Assembly (NCBI RefSeq): GCF_009914755.1
Contig: NC_060929.1
Source: the human T2T-CHM13v2.0 reference genome, Homo sapiens
DNA: 64,000 nucleotides
Direction: 5' to 3' (one strand)
The translations under genes were made by a program, and so were the position numbers. Below, piece after piece: positions 40,148 through 53,256 of this stretch. The number at the start of each line of letters is the position of its first letter. Positions within the stretch are counted from its first letter, which is position 1. The notes below the pieces were generated by a model. The model did not search any database and had not been told where the DNA came from. It saw nothing but the letters and a program-made list of their open reading frames with translations.

Positions 40148-42611
40148 CTACAAAACAATAGGAGTTCTATAAATGGATGCTGAAATATAAAAATGCTGAA
40201 GTTCCTTCACTCAAGCATTGGCTTCCAAACTAGATGTTGAGTAATTCCTATTACCCTGGCTTGGGTCCTAATTTTGTGTCTGAATCTCCAGATTTTCTAA
40301 TCATTTTTTGAGCTAATTGATATTCAGCTCAAAATCCTCATGTAGCTCCAATAGTTAGTTTCTATTGCAACCCAGTACTCTGACTGATATATCTTATAAA
40401 GTACCAGTCAAATCAGAAAATGCCAATAAAACTTGCTGCTATTCAGTAGTCATTACATCTCAGGAGATTTACTGAAGTTCAAATAACCAAATGGATATGA
40501 CAGTTACTTACTTTCCAACATTTTCCTTCATCTCATCCCATCCCTCCACTGGGCATATATTTGGCTTCCAAAGCTCCACATGCCCATATTCTTTCCTCCT
40601 TCACAGATGAATTAAAAATGCTCATTTCTCCACAAAGCTATTTCTGAACGTTTCTCTTTTTCTTTGAACTTTCATAACTCTTTAACTAACATTTATATAG
40701 AACATTTCCCATGCTACTTTGTGGGGCAATTATTCATGCACATAATTCCTGAGGATAGGAATTATAAAGTATGTACATGAATTTCAAAAATATACCTATG
40801 GGACACTTCATAAATGTGAAAATAAAGTGATTGTGTTTTTTTAAATTAACCTGCACATGAAAATCATCAGATTTACTGTAAATCACAAAAGCCATCCCTA
40901 AAAAACATTGCAAAATTCCAATACACAGATTGTATCATCAGTTCTTCAGTACACAGGTTGTATCACCAGTTCTTTCAGGCCGGATGATAGAGTAAAAAGG
41001 GAATAAAGGGCTTAAAAGTGAATATGTGGGTTCAAATTTTAATTCATCACCTACTCAAGACTACCACTGAGTATTAGCTTTTATCTCTGAAAATTAGATC
41101 ATATATAGGGTTATCATCATTTTGTTGGAAAGTGTAAAAAAAAGAAGTGTAGCTTGTCTAGAAGACAGTAGAGAAAGAGTAAATGTTAGCTAATTCCCTT
41201 CAATATTTTCGAAAGTATAATAATATTTACAAAAGGCCAATTTGATCAAATAAAAAGCACCAAGTTATAGCATTATGGTGGGACTTAGATATTATTTAGC
41301 CCAAGGATGTATTAGTCAGAACTCCTTGCTTTGTTTCAATAGAACCAGATGAAGAAAATGTGTAAAAAGAAAAAAAAAGTAGAATCCATTTACTCATTTA
41401 ACAGATATTCACAAAGCACCTCTGTAGGCCAGGGACTGTGTGAGACTTCGGAATACCACAGTAGTAAGACAAACATGTTCTTTGTGTTAAGGTAAGTTAT
41501 AGCCCAACTCTCAAAGTAAATCAAAGTCAGGGTACAGGCAGGCCTCAGCAATTGCTTAGAATTAGATTTGAAAGACATTTTGGTCCTTGATGGCATGTCC
41601 TATTTTTCATCTCTTCTTGTGTATTTTTTCATTCTTAAGTCTGCAGATCAAATTTTCCATTTTCCAAAACACACCATACTACTTATAATTCTGCAGTTTA
41701 TAAACTACTATCTACAGATTCCCTCTCTCAATCTCCCCTTGTAGCAGAATCTGGTTGGCTAAGCTGGAGTCAGGAATGTTTTGCTCCAATCACCCATGAA
41801 AATGGGAAGCAGAGTTATGGTACACAATTTAGAATAGACTCAGTCCTGTGGATTTTGGATTGAAAAAGAAAGGAGTTCTTTGTGGTATGAGCAGGTACAA
41901 CCACATAGCTTTTATGCAAAGTATTTGAACTTCAAAATAGTAATTAACTTTCTGAAGGTCATGCAATTTGGCAATGGTGAAGCCCAGGAGGAAACTCACA
42001 TCGTTTAAATCCTAATTCAGTCCTCTTTCAACTTTGTTAGCATTGGAACAAGAAGTACCATCTCTGTTGGACATTTTCAGCTACCAATTAACACTAGCCT
42101 AACTTGATAGTAGGTGCTGAATGAGATACTAAATAATTGTAAAACATAGTACACATTCAGATGTAACTAATGTTTGTCAGGCACTGTGGTTTGATTCCTT
42201 CACATACATTTTATCTAGGAGCTTCCAATATGTTTGGTGGTATTCAGGGCCACACTATGTAAATGCAAGGGATAATGTAATTAAAAGTGAATATTTATAG
42301 TGCTTACTTTACTCTTGGAAGAAAATTATAAAAGGAATCACCAGGAACCAGAATAATTGCAATAAGCTTTAAGGAAAAGGTAAAATTTGACCTGGGTATT
42401 GAAGAGTGGCTAAGTTTAGTGCAGTGATAGAGGAGAATGAGGGGGTTATAGGCAGGGAATATTTCTGAGCAATGGTGCAGAGGTGAGAATGGGTGTATTT
42501 GGGGGGCTATGGTGAAGGGAAATTTGAAGGATTATAACTGAACAAAGCAGAAACATTCTGGTGAAAATTTTTGACTTAAGAATTCCAGAATTTAAAATTA
42601 TAAAATAGGTA

Positions 42612-42661
42612 ACACACACACACACACACACACACAAGTACACACAAGCATGCACACACAC
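42612..42661. repeat. (CA)n microsatellite, interrupted
   Basis: Read directly from the sequence. Confidence 0.9.
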
Positions 42662-45589
42662 TCACTTGTTTTATAATTTTTGGTGTTTAGCTAGTTGAAT
42701 GCAGTGTGCTCTTGCCAGCTCCTTGTGGTTTTCCAAAGTTTTGTACGTATTAAAAACTCCAAGTTTCTAAAAGCTCCAAGATGTTATTGGAAACATGTGG
42801 CAATATAAATGGCTGGAACTGCAAAGTGTTCAGCCTTTTCAACCTATGTATGGGCTAAAAATAGAGTAAACTGATTTTCAGACAAAACAATACTACTTAC
42901 CATGAAAGTAAGGAGGAGTAAGCGTATCTTTATATACCAGCTGTGTAAATTATAGCTAAGACAGAACTTCAGTCTTGGACAAGAGGGAAAAAAATCAATA
43001 TTAATCGACTCATACTTGTAATGGAAGGATGTGGTCATATAAAGTATTACTGGCTAGCACAGGATCACAGTCTGAGTTTGAAGACAGATGCTATATGTTT
43101 GCTATGGAAACAATAGACCGTAACATTGTATTTGATATGGAAAAATCAATCACAGTGTTAGCAGCTAGAAACTGCTCTACTTTGAGGTGAGAATACAAAG
43201 TACCTCAAGCAATTGTTAAACAGAAGAGGTTTCATGATTATTTAATAACTGGAAAGACCAAACCAATTAAAATATCATCTGTCAATACTTTTTCTAGGAT
43301 TTGTTTTTAGGAATAATAAATATTATCTCAAATCTATTATCTTGACCTAGATGACGACAATAGAGAAGTAAAAACCATCAGGACCAAATTTACATTTTCC
43401 AGCAGGAAGTGGTTTCAGATTTTATTTGGAGCTGGAAAAGGCCAAAGTTCCTTCAGGCATTTTTCTGGAATCTATCAGATAAAACTTCAGGCTTACAAAG
43501 GTTTGGCAGTGTGGATCTGAATCATCAAATAACAACCAGAGTGTACAAAGCCTGCAGGCTTCAGGAATCTGTTATGAATTCATCTCTGGCTGCGACCACA
43601 CACATGTGGTGAAATGGTACTCTACTGGAAGGATTCAGACATTTAATTCCCAATAGCTCATGCAGAAGCCATTGAGTATATTCAGTGCAGCTGGAAAATA
43701 GGCAGCCTTAGCCAGGAAAAGTGAGAGCTGAAGCTGGAAAGAGAGGTTGAGGCATTGAATACCTTCCTAAGGAGTCTACACTTAAAATCTAACAAGGCAA
43801 AGAATTCCCTCAGATTTTAAAATAAAGAAATTGTTCAAGCAAAAGTATATTTTAGAAAAATAGCCATGGTGACAATATGGACGATAAATATAGGGAGAAG
43901 AATCTGGAAACAGGAACCGTGTAGGAGTCTACAGCAATTTGCAAAATGTTTGATTTTAAGCAAGGACAGTTATTTTTGAAGAGAAGAAGGCAAAATTGGG
44001 GGTAGAAGGGAGTAGATAGAAAGGATTAATGTAGGCTAAAGAGGAAGGAATTGAAAATATTATAACATGGAAGTTTTTCCTTGTGAGTCTCATTAGCTAT
44101 TAAGATCTCCAAAGGATTTGGGAAGACACAATAATGAGAACCATTGCCAACAAATCTTATATTTTAGAGATTCAACATTAACTCTAACAATGTACGATGA
44201 TGAGCATTGAGGGGAGAAAGTATTAGGTTTATTTGACTTTTGCTTTAAATCCACGCTCGCCTTTTTACTGGCCTTTAAATCTGGAAATATTGCTTGACAT
44301 GACTGAGCTTCATTCCTTTAGCAACTTTAAAAATTGGAAAATAATATCTGACATTGTGATTGTGAAAACAAAGTGATATAATTAGTCACATGACCACCTT
44401 GTATTAAAGTAGATGTTAAGTAAATAGAACTAATATTAGTATTTTTAAAACTTCTAATTATAAAAAATAAATAATATATTGAATGAAACTTTGTAAAAAA
44501 CTATGTGATTTAAAAATTCTCTAAACATCAATAATTTATCTTAAAGAGAATGATTTTCACACTTAAGAAAACATGATTTTTTCTGTGTATGCTGTATAAA
44601 TATCCAAAAAGTATATAAAGTAAATAAATTCACAGCAGCTATTTTCAGAGTACAGTTAGAAAACAGAACTGTCTTCTTGTGTATGAAATTATTGACAATA
44701 TGTAATATGAGGTCCAGTTGTTTAATCCCCCATAAGTGACTTCTATTGTCCAGATGCCAATGGAATCTTATGGAAACAGCTAGGCCCTCAAATTCAGGAA
44801 TGTTCAGAAATCTCAGATAGTTTCAGATGTTATCTCCCTTGTTTCATGTTTACGGCCATTTGCAGAAAAATGAAACAAAAAAAAGAAAAGACATTTTCTC
44901 TATTCGTATACCTCCCTTACTTTTATGTCTATGACCAAGAAACTTTTTGGCATTAGGAAGCAGGCTTTCTAATATTATTTATTGTTAAAAGAAGAGCTGT
45001 CAGTTCCCAAAGACAGCATAAGAAAACATATTTATCAACTATTCTTCATGCATTCTTTTTCTTCTCCTTTTCCTGATTCTGATTTTTCTCCTAACTCAAC
45101 TTGGCTGAGAAGAAGTACACTATACTCCATAAAATAATTTGAGCTCTGCAGAAGATGTGAGAGGTATATAGGTTTATAACTACTTCCTTATTCTCCCCTC
45201 TAGCAAACATTTATAGACCTTAAACCTTACACTTGAAATCAGAGCTCGTTCTAAAATAAATACCACTTGTCAGTTTTTTCTGGTAATATCTCTACTTCAA
45301 CATTTTTATAAATACAGATCAGTTGAAACTATTTCTTACCCTAGAATATAATAGGGGATTTCTGTGAGCACTTTAATGCTTTCTCTGCTAAATCTAATAC
45401 ATCTAATTGTATAGCATATGCAAAAATTAGTTTGGTAAACTTCAACCCTCCCAAACTCATCTAGAGTTGTGCTAGCATATACTACAGAGTAATTAATTAC
45501 AGTGTATTGCCTATGCATAGTACTATGTCTTATGCATAGCATTACGTAGACACTTCAAAAATATTTTAATTATTAAAAGGAGAGTGAAG

Positions 45590-45800
45590 TATAAGGTAGT
45601 TACATAATCTTAAGCAAATTGCTTACTATTCTTGCCTAAATTTTCTTGTCTATAAAACAGGGGTAATAATAACACCTATCCTAATGGTAATTCTGAAATT
45701 AAATGAGATGATGCATATAAAGTGCTTAGAATAGCATGTAAGTGCTTTCTAAATATTAAATAAATAGTAAGTGCTTAATAAATATTAACTTTAACTATTA
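45590..45800 (+). mobile_element. MIR SINE
   Basis: ctataaaacaggggtaataataacacctatc...attaaatgagatgatgcatataaagtgcttagaa. Confidence 0.8.
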
Positions 45801-45804
45801 TCTA

Positions 45805-46125
45805 GATCACTACTCTCTGATAGAAAGATAATGTAACCCACATATATAATGTAAAATTTTCTAGTAGCTATATAAAAAATGTTAAAAAGAAAAGAAATCA
45901 GATAATTTTGGTAATATATTAACCTAATACATTAAAAATATTACATCAATATGTGATTAACATAAAAATTGTTAATGAGATATGTTACATTCTCTTTTTC
46001 ATACTACACTTACACAATTTTGTGTATATTTTACACTTAAAGTACATCCCAATTCAAACTGGCCACATTTCAAGTGATCAATTACTACATGTGGCTTATG
46101 ACTTCTACTTTAGACAGGACCAATC
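45805..46125. mobile_element. MER33/MER3-like hAT element
   Basis: aaattttctagtagc...ggccacatttcaagtgatcaattactacatgtggc. Confidence 0.75.
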
Positions 46126-48797
46126 TAGATGCTTATTAAATTTAGACATGAGGGACATGTAACTCTAAGAGAGCCATTTCTTTATAAATGGTTGCACAAA
46201 CCTCAAAAAGAAGAAGAAAAGGAAAAAGAAGACAAACAAGCTTTAGGGAATGTATTAGTATCAGGGTCCTGGTATTTTCTTATTAAGTGACCTTAGTAAA
46301 TACTGTGTTTCGAGTAAGTAAATAACACAAATATTGTTTGAATTTAGAAAAAGTAATTATCACTGCACTTTTTAGAAAAGTATGAAGTCTGCCATTATTT
46401 TAGAAAAAGTACATTCTTAAACTGGTAAACATAAATGGAATTCTGGAGTTAGCTTGGTTCTTAGGGAGTTAAAAAGACCCACATGGTGTTCAAAACGTTC
46501 TTAAAATATTTTTAAGAAAATGTGCTTTTGTTCTCACTGTGCTAAAGTACAAAAGCTCTCCTGAGGCACACCCTGGGCTTACCAGCTCAAGGCACTCTCT
46601 TAGGCAGTTAAAAAAAGAAAACCCCTACCTTCTCCTTGCTACATGAGCTGATTTCACAAGCCCTTTACACGCTTTATTTACTATTCATTTTCATCTTTGA
46701 GAGAGAAACTTGAAATATTTAATCACAGGATATTATTCTTTTAAAATGCTTGTTAAGCCAAGGATTTGGTAACTGGCAGAAAAAAAAGTGGCTACAACAG
46801 TCAGTTTAATTATTATCCCTGAAATTGCATTTTAAAATATTTTAATAATTAAAGAAGTTTTTGGAAAACCAAGCAAAGAACTAAGAGAATAAAGAGGCTC
46901 AAAAAATCCAAAGTAAGCCTGTCCGGTTGCATGTGTGTACACACACTTAATTCTTACATAAAGCCCAACAACATTAATCATGTCTGTAAAATGATAACCA
47001 CAACGACAGCTCTCGCTCTGCAGTCAGCCATACAAGGAAGCAGTTTCCAGCTATAACCCTCTACCATGAGCAAATAACTGACGAGCAGCGGTCCTTTTGT
47101 CAGATCCTGACAACTGAATCAATAAAAAGACACAGCAAAAGTTCAATCAGAACAGACACCACTAATACGACTGGCCTTTGGGGACCCACAGAAGCGTGGA
47201 ACTGCTTTTCCATGTTAATTTCTCTTCACTATCCCTTGGGGTTATCACCTTCTCTGGCCCCTGTTAATTAAAAACTGCCTCCTACTAAAGTTCCTTGGCA
47301 GGCATTTCCCTCGTGTCAGCCTATTCTGCTGACTGCTAAGAGAGGAAGAAATGAAGGAGGGAAGTGTTATGAAGCTGAGAATGTCACGATGCCAAAATCC
47401 TGCTCCTGTTCTCCCAGAAGACTGTGTGTATAATCAAATTTTTTATAGACTCATTTATAATAGTGGACTAACAAAAAATATCTAAGAACAATTAAAGATA
47501 ATACTATATCAAAGTCAAACATTAGTTGATAGCTATGTAGGCAAATCAGTAAGAGGTAGACAGTCTTGTCATACTATATTTTGGTTTAGCCTTATTTTGG
47601 AATTTGTTGAATTTAAGGAATTTTAATTACACATATATGTTTCTATTTGGTTACTGAAGATAACACTCACATTTTTGCACTCTTTCTCTTCCCATAACAG
47701 AGACAAACTTACTCCTACCTCTTTGCCAATTCCCAATTAACATCAAGATTGACCTTAAGGACCAGGTTACTTTTTATCTGTGTAAAAGCCTATAAGAAGA
47801 AATTTTTAGATTTAAAAAATGGCAGCTAGGTCCTTTTAACTATGTCAATGACAAACATGAATTATCTATAAGGCTAGGTGGTCACATTATTCCAAATTGA
47901 ATATCTGATTAAACATGCTTTTATTTTATACTAAAAATATAGTAATACATTTACACAATACAGAACTCCATACAGTAAAAAATAAAAGTCTCCTGGTACA
48001 TCAAGATTCTCCCAATCCTCTTGCCATCATTAATTATTACCAGCTTTTAGATTTTTGTTTACATTTATAAGCACACACATATAAATATATAATATTGTCT
48101 CATTACTTTTTTTAAAGTTTAAAAAAAGTAAAAATATTTTAATAACTGAAGAGGATTCCAGAATATGAATGAGTTGAAATTAATACAAATCATTCCCAAA
48201 GAAGAAATATTTAGTTCTGTCTAAACTTTTGCTCAAAAAATTTTGCTATGGTGACCAGCATTTCACAAATGCCTTTAAAACGTGTTTTAAAAATGATTTA
48301 TGTACGTGGTAAACATTCAAATAGATTTTCAGTGTGGACAATCCCTGTCTCTCTCAACAGGGAAAGTCATTCTCAGCAGTTTCTTCTGAATTTTTCAAGG
48401 GAGGCTGTGCTTTCAAGTGTGTATTTGAATAAATGCATTATATATATATGTATATAAATGTAGAAACACATATACACACATACACACATATACACATACA
48501 TTTTTTGATGCACAAGTGATACCATACACACTGTTCTACAAACTTGCTTCGTTTTATTTATATGGGGAAAAATGTTACAAATCAGCCCATATGGATTTCC
48601 TGTATTCATATTTATGTAACTTTGAAGGGGTAATATATTCATTGCTCAAATACATATAAGAAAAAATATAAAATGTTTTTGTGTGTAATATATAAGAATG
48701 TATTATGTTTTTATTTCTTTTAATAATTTTTAATATTTTTATGTTTTTTATTTTTTATTTTTAAATTTTTTAGTCATTACTTATATAACACAACCAT

Positions 48798-49156
48798 AAC
48801 ATATATCTTTTTTATTATTATACTTTTGTTATCATACTTTTTTATTATTATACTTTTTATTATTACACCAAGATTATGTCTGGAAACTGCTTCCTTGCAT
48901 GGCTGACTGCAGAGCAAGAGCTGTTGTTGTGGTTATCATTTAACAGACATGATGAATGTTGTTGGGCTTTATGTAAGAATTATTATATTTTATATTTATA
49001 CTTTTATTATTATACTTTATTATTATATATTATACTTTAATATAATACTTTTATTATTATACTTTAAGTTCTAGGGTACAGGTGAACAACATGCAGGTTT
49101 GTTACACAGGTATACATATGTCATGTTGCTTTGCTGCACCCAACATACATCTTTTT
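48798..49156 (-). mobile_element. Composite L1PA 3'-end insertion with reiterated tail and captured local DNA
   Basis: TSD AACATA(T/C)ATCTTTTT; L1PA 3' end at 49049-49142; inverted copy of 46948-47050 at 48880-48982. Confidence 0.9.
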
Positions 49157-50069
49157 TTTTTACTACTTGCCTTTTTGACTTAATATGTTCTGGAACTATG
49201 CATATATAGACTGATTTTATTCTGTTGAATTGCTAAGTAGTATTTCCTAATATGTATTCACTAAAATTCACAATAATTCACTGAATGAACATGTGATTTT
49301 CCTTTTATTTTTCATATTACAAAGAATAATTCAATAAAATATTTATAGATATATATAATATATATATTATATATATATATCTTTACATAAAATACCAAGT
49401 ATTTTTTCCAGTTACTTCCAAATCCAAATTTGGAAGGCAGACATTGACATATATTAAAATTTAAAAAATACTGCACAACTATTATTCAGAAAGGCCTTAA
49501 CAATTCTCCTCACACTAGCAATGTAAAGGTCACCCATTTCTTCATACTTTCTCCAACAATGGATATTATTATTCATTTAAATATTCTGCTTGTTGTAATT
49601 TGCAGGACTTCACTTAGTACCTGGGCTATTTAATCTGTTATATAATCTCAGCTGTATAATCCCTTGCAGATTTATAAACATCTGTTTTTCTATTAATATC
49701 TAGAATAAATCTCATTCTCCACCTCCTACCCAATAACACAAGATATAATAAGCCAACACTTCACAATCTTCCTCCAGTATTACTTGCAACCCATCACTAT
49801 TCCAGAATTATCTTGGATTTTTATTCCAAATTGTTATGGTCTTTATTACTTATAAATATTTTCTATGCTTTTAAATTCACCATTGTTCTTTGACTTATCT
49901 TCCCTAAATTATTAGTATTATTTTGTTGAAGTATTATTGATAATATTTTCAGAAAGAGGTTATGACTGGTAAGTTTACTGAGTTTCTAGATGTTCAAAAG
50001 ATGCTTTAATCTCACAATTGAGTTTTTTTTTATATTAGAGATAGAGTATAGATTAAAATACCTTTCTTG

Positions 50070-53000
50070 GAGTGACACTAGCAAGATTGTAGACTTGGAA
50101 GCTCCAAGCTCTCACTGCCATCATTGAAACATCAAGTAAATAACTATAGATGGACTACAGTAGCTCTATGGGAGCTTAGGAAACTAGTCAAGGATCTACA
50201 AAACCTAAGTGAACACCCAATCAGGAAAAAGTTACAGTCAAAATGGTAGAACATTTTATGATGGTTTTAGTCATGCTTACTCCATTCCTTCCCTGGAGCA
50301 GCATGGCCTGTCAGAAGGAACTTGTTTTTAACATTCTGGCCTTTTGTGGGTTGCCTGAGGGACTGATTTCTGTATCATCTGACTCACAGCTGAGATAAAA
50401 TGTTGGGCATAGTTTGCACTGAAGCCAGAGAATACTGTAGCAGGTGCTGTGGCATAGGAAAACTGCAGGAAGACTGCAGACCTACAGATGCCTGAAGGCA
50501 AGAGATTATAGGCAGAATAATATGATAGAATATATAAGGCTTCAAGAAGTAGGGTGAGACTTTTTGAAAAATTAAGAGATGTAAAGACAGCCCTGTAAAA
50601 GGGACAATTGAGAAAAAGTACACACATGGCATCAGAAAATTTGCATGCCCAGAAAAGGCTTGAGAAGACTTTAAGTCTCCATGTTAGACTAATTAATTAA
50701 GATCTTCCTCCCTTTCCATAGAACCAGTCTGCAAAAACTGGGTGAGTCCCTCTCAACACCCACAAAGCCCCAATTTTAAACAAAAGATCACAGGAATACC
50801 AGGAAACATGGAAACATGGCCCATTAAAGGAAAAAAAATAAATCTATAAATACAACCCTAATGAAACACAGGACTCTAACTTGACAAATTATTTAAAATG
50901 ATTGTCCTAAATATACTCATCGAACTAAAAGAGAACATAGACAACTAAGCAAAATTAGAAAAACAATTTATAAATGAAATAGGAAGATCAACAAAGAGAG
51001 AAATTATGAAAAAGATCAAAACAGGCAATTTGAAACTAAAAAATACAATAACTGAATTTAAAATTGTACTTAGAAGGATTCAACTTTGGGCTTAATTAGG
51101 CAGAAGAATCAATGGACTTGAGGAAAAATTATTTGAAATTATCAAGTCCAAGGAGCAAAATAACAATAATAAAGAATATAAACAGAGCCTGAGCGACTTA
51201 TGGAACACTGTCAAGCAGACCAATAGATATATTACAAGAATTCCAGAGAGAGAAGACAGAAAGATAGAGGCAGAGAGTTTATTTGATAAAATAATGGCTG
51301 AAACCCTCCAAAATTTGAGAAAAATAATCATTATACAAAAAAAAAAGCTCGTCAAATCCCAAGTAGGATAAACTGAAAGAGACTTACAACAACACACATT
51401 ATAATCAAACTTTCAAAACTCAAGCACAAAGAGAATCTTGGAAGAAACAAGAAAAAAGAAATTCATCACATAGAAGGAAGCTTTTATATGATTTTCAGTG
51501 GATTTTTTAGCAGAAACATTACCAGTCAGAAGGCAGTGGAATTACATATTTAATGTGCTAAAAGAAAAAATGTTGGCAACTAAGAACACTATAGCTGACA
51601 AACTTGTTCTTCAGAAATGAAGAAGAATGTAAGGCATTCCTAGATAAACAAAATTTGCGGGAGTTTGTTACTACTAGACCTTCCCTGCAAGAAATGTTGA
51701 AGGGAATTCTTCAAGTTGAAATGATGCTAGACAATAACTGGAACCCATATGAAAATATAAATTTTTCTGGTGAAAATAGATATTTGGGAAAATATAGAAA
51801 TGTGGATTATTATAATTTGGGTTCATAGTCTATTTTTAATTCTTTTATAGAATTTAAAAGAGAAAATCATTTTAAAAAACTACAGTGTTAATGAGTACAT
51901 AATATGTAAAGATGTAATTTGTGACATCAAAATATAAAGGGAGCAGAGCTGTAAAGAAATAGTAGAGTTTCGGATTGAAATCAAAGTTTAAAACAGTTAT
52001 AACTTTAAGCTGTTTTATGTAATCCCCATGATAAACACAAAGAAAACATCTGTAGAATATACACAAAAGAAAATGAGAATGGAGTCACATTTTGTCAGCA
52101 TTAAAAAATCAACTAAACAAAAAGGAAAGCTGTAAGGGAGGAAATGAGGGACAAACAAAGTCAAAAAGCAAGAAAAACAATGATCAAAATGGTGGTAGTC
52201 TTTGTCTCTATCAGTAAATATGTTAAATAAGAATGGAGTAAACTCCTCAATCAGAAAATGTAGATTGGCTGAATGAATGATAAAACAGAATTTCCCTATG
52301 TGCTATCTACAAGAGACTCATTTTAGATCTAAGATATACATAGATTGAAATTGAAAGCCTTGAAAAAGATATTTCTGTGCAAATAGTAACCAAAATAGAA
52401 CATGGGATGGCTACCTTAATGTCAAACAAAATATGTTTTAGCTCAAAAACTATTACAGGAGACGAAGAAGGACATTGTATAATGATAAAAGGGTCAATTT
52501 TCCAAGAAGATGTAACATTTATAAACACAGATACACTAAACATAAGAACTTCTAAATATATGCAGCAAACATTCACTGAATTGATGGGAGAAATAGAAAG
52601 ATCTATAATAATAGTAGGAGACTTCAACACCTCACTTTCAATAATGAATAGTACAACCAGACAGATGATCAATAAAGGAATAGAGAACTTAACACTAGAA
52701 AATAATCGGATCTAACTGACATATACTGAATACTCCACCCATCAACAGCAGAATATGCATTTTTCTCAAACGTGTATTTTGCTGTTGATGGATGGAGTGT
52801 TAGAACATTTTCCAGAATAGACTATATGTTGTGCTACAAAACAAGTGTTAATAAATGTAAAAAGATTGCAATTATACATTTTTTTCTGATCACAATGAAA
52901 TGAAACTAGAAATCAGTAGCAATTACAAATTAAAAGATCCACAAATATGTGGAAATTATACAACCCATTCTTAGACAACCAATCAGTTAAAAAAAATCAT

Positions 53001-53256
53001 AAGGGAAATCATAAAATGTCTGGAGACCAGCGAAAATAAAATCACAACATGGGATTATGGGAAGCAGTTAAACTTTGCTAAGTGGAAAATTTATAGTTTA
53101 CTTAACATATTTTAACAAGTGAAAGCAATAAATGACCTAACTTTACACCTTAAGAAACTAGAAAATTAGACTCAAAACTCAAATCTAAAATGAAGAAATA
53201 AGTCCAAAGCTAGTAGAAGGAAAAAATAATAAAAATTAGGGTACAGAAAAACAAAA
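50070..53256 (+). mobile_element. Old L1M: 5'UTR, ORF1 and endonuclease domain, 3'-truncated, with probable TSD
   Basis: ORF1 end (LREFVTTRPSLQEMLKGIL) and EN (IKGSIFQEDVTFIN...IIVGDFNTSLS). Confidence 0.87.

Noticed and set aside
45509-45541. Clustered short palindromes (ctatgcatag, catagtactatg)
   Set aside because: Too short and AT-rich to exceed chance convincingly.
46343-46411. Three TTTAGAAAA(A)GTA motifs at an exact 28-bp period with different spacers (CRISPR-like look)
   Set aside because: The motif is only 12-13 bp and AT-rich, the context is eukaryotic and there are no cas genes; likely chance or a decayed tandem repeat.
32226-53256. Similarity between 32.2-35.2 kb and 50.1-53.3 kb as a segmental duplication
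   Set aside because: The similarity is low and confined to L1 sequence; these are independent related insertions.
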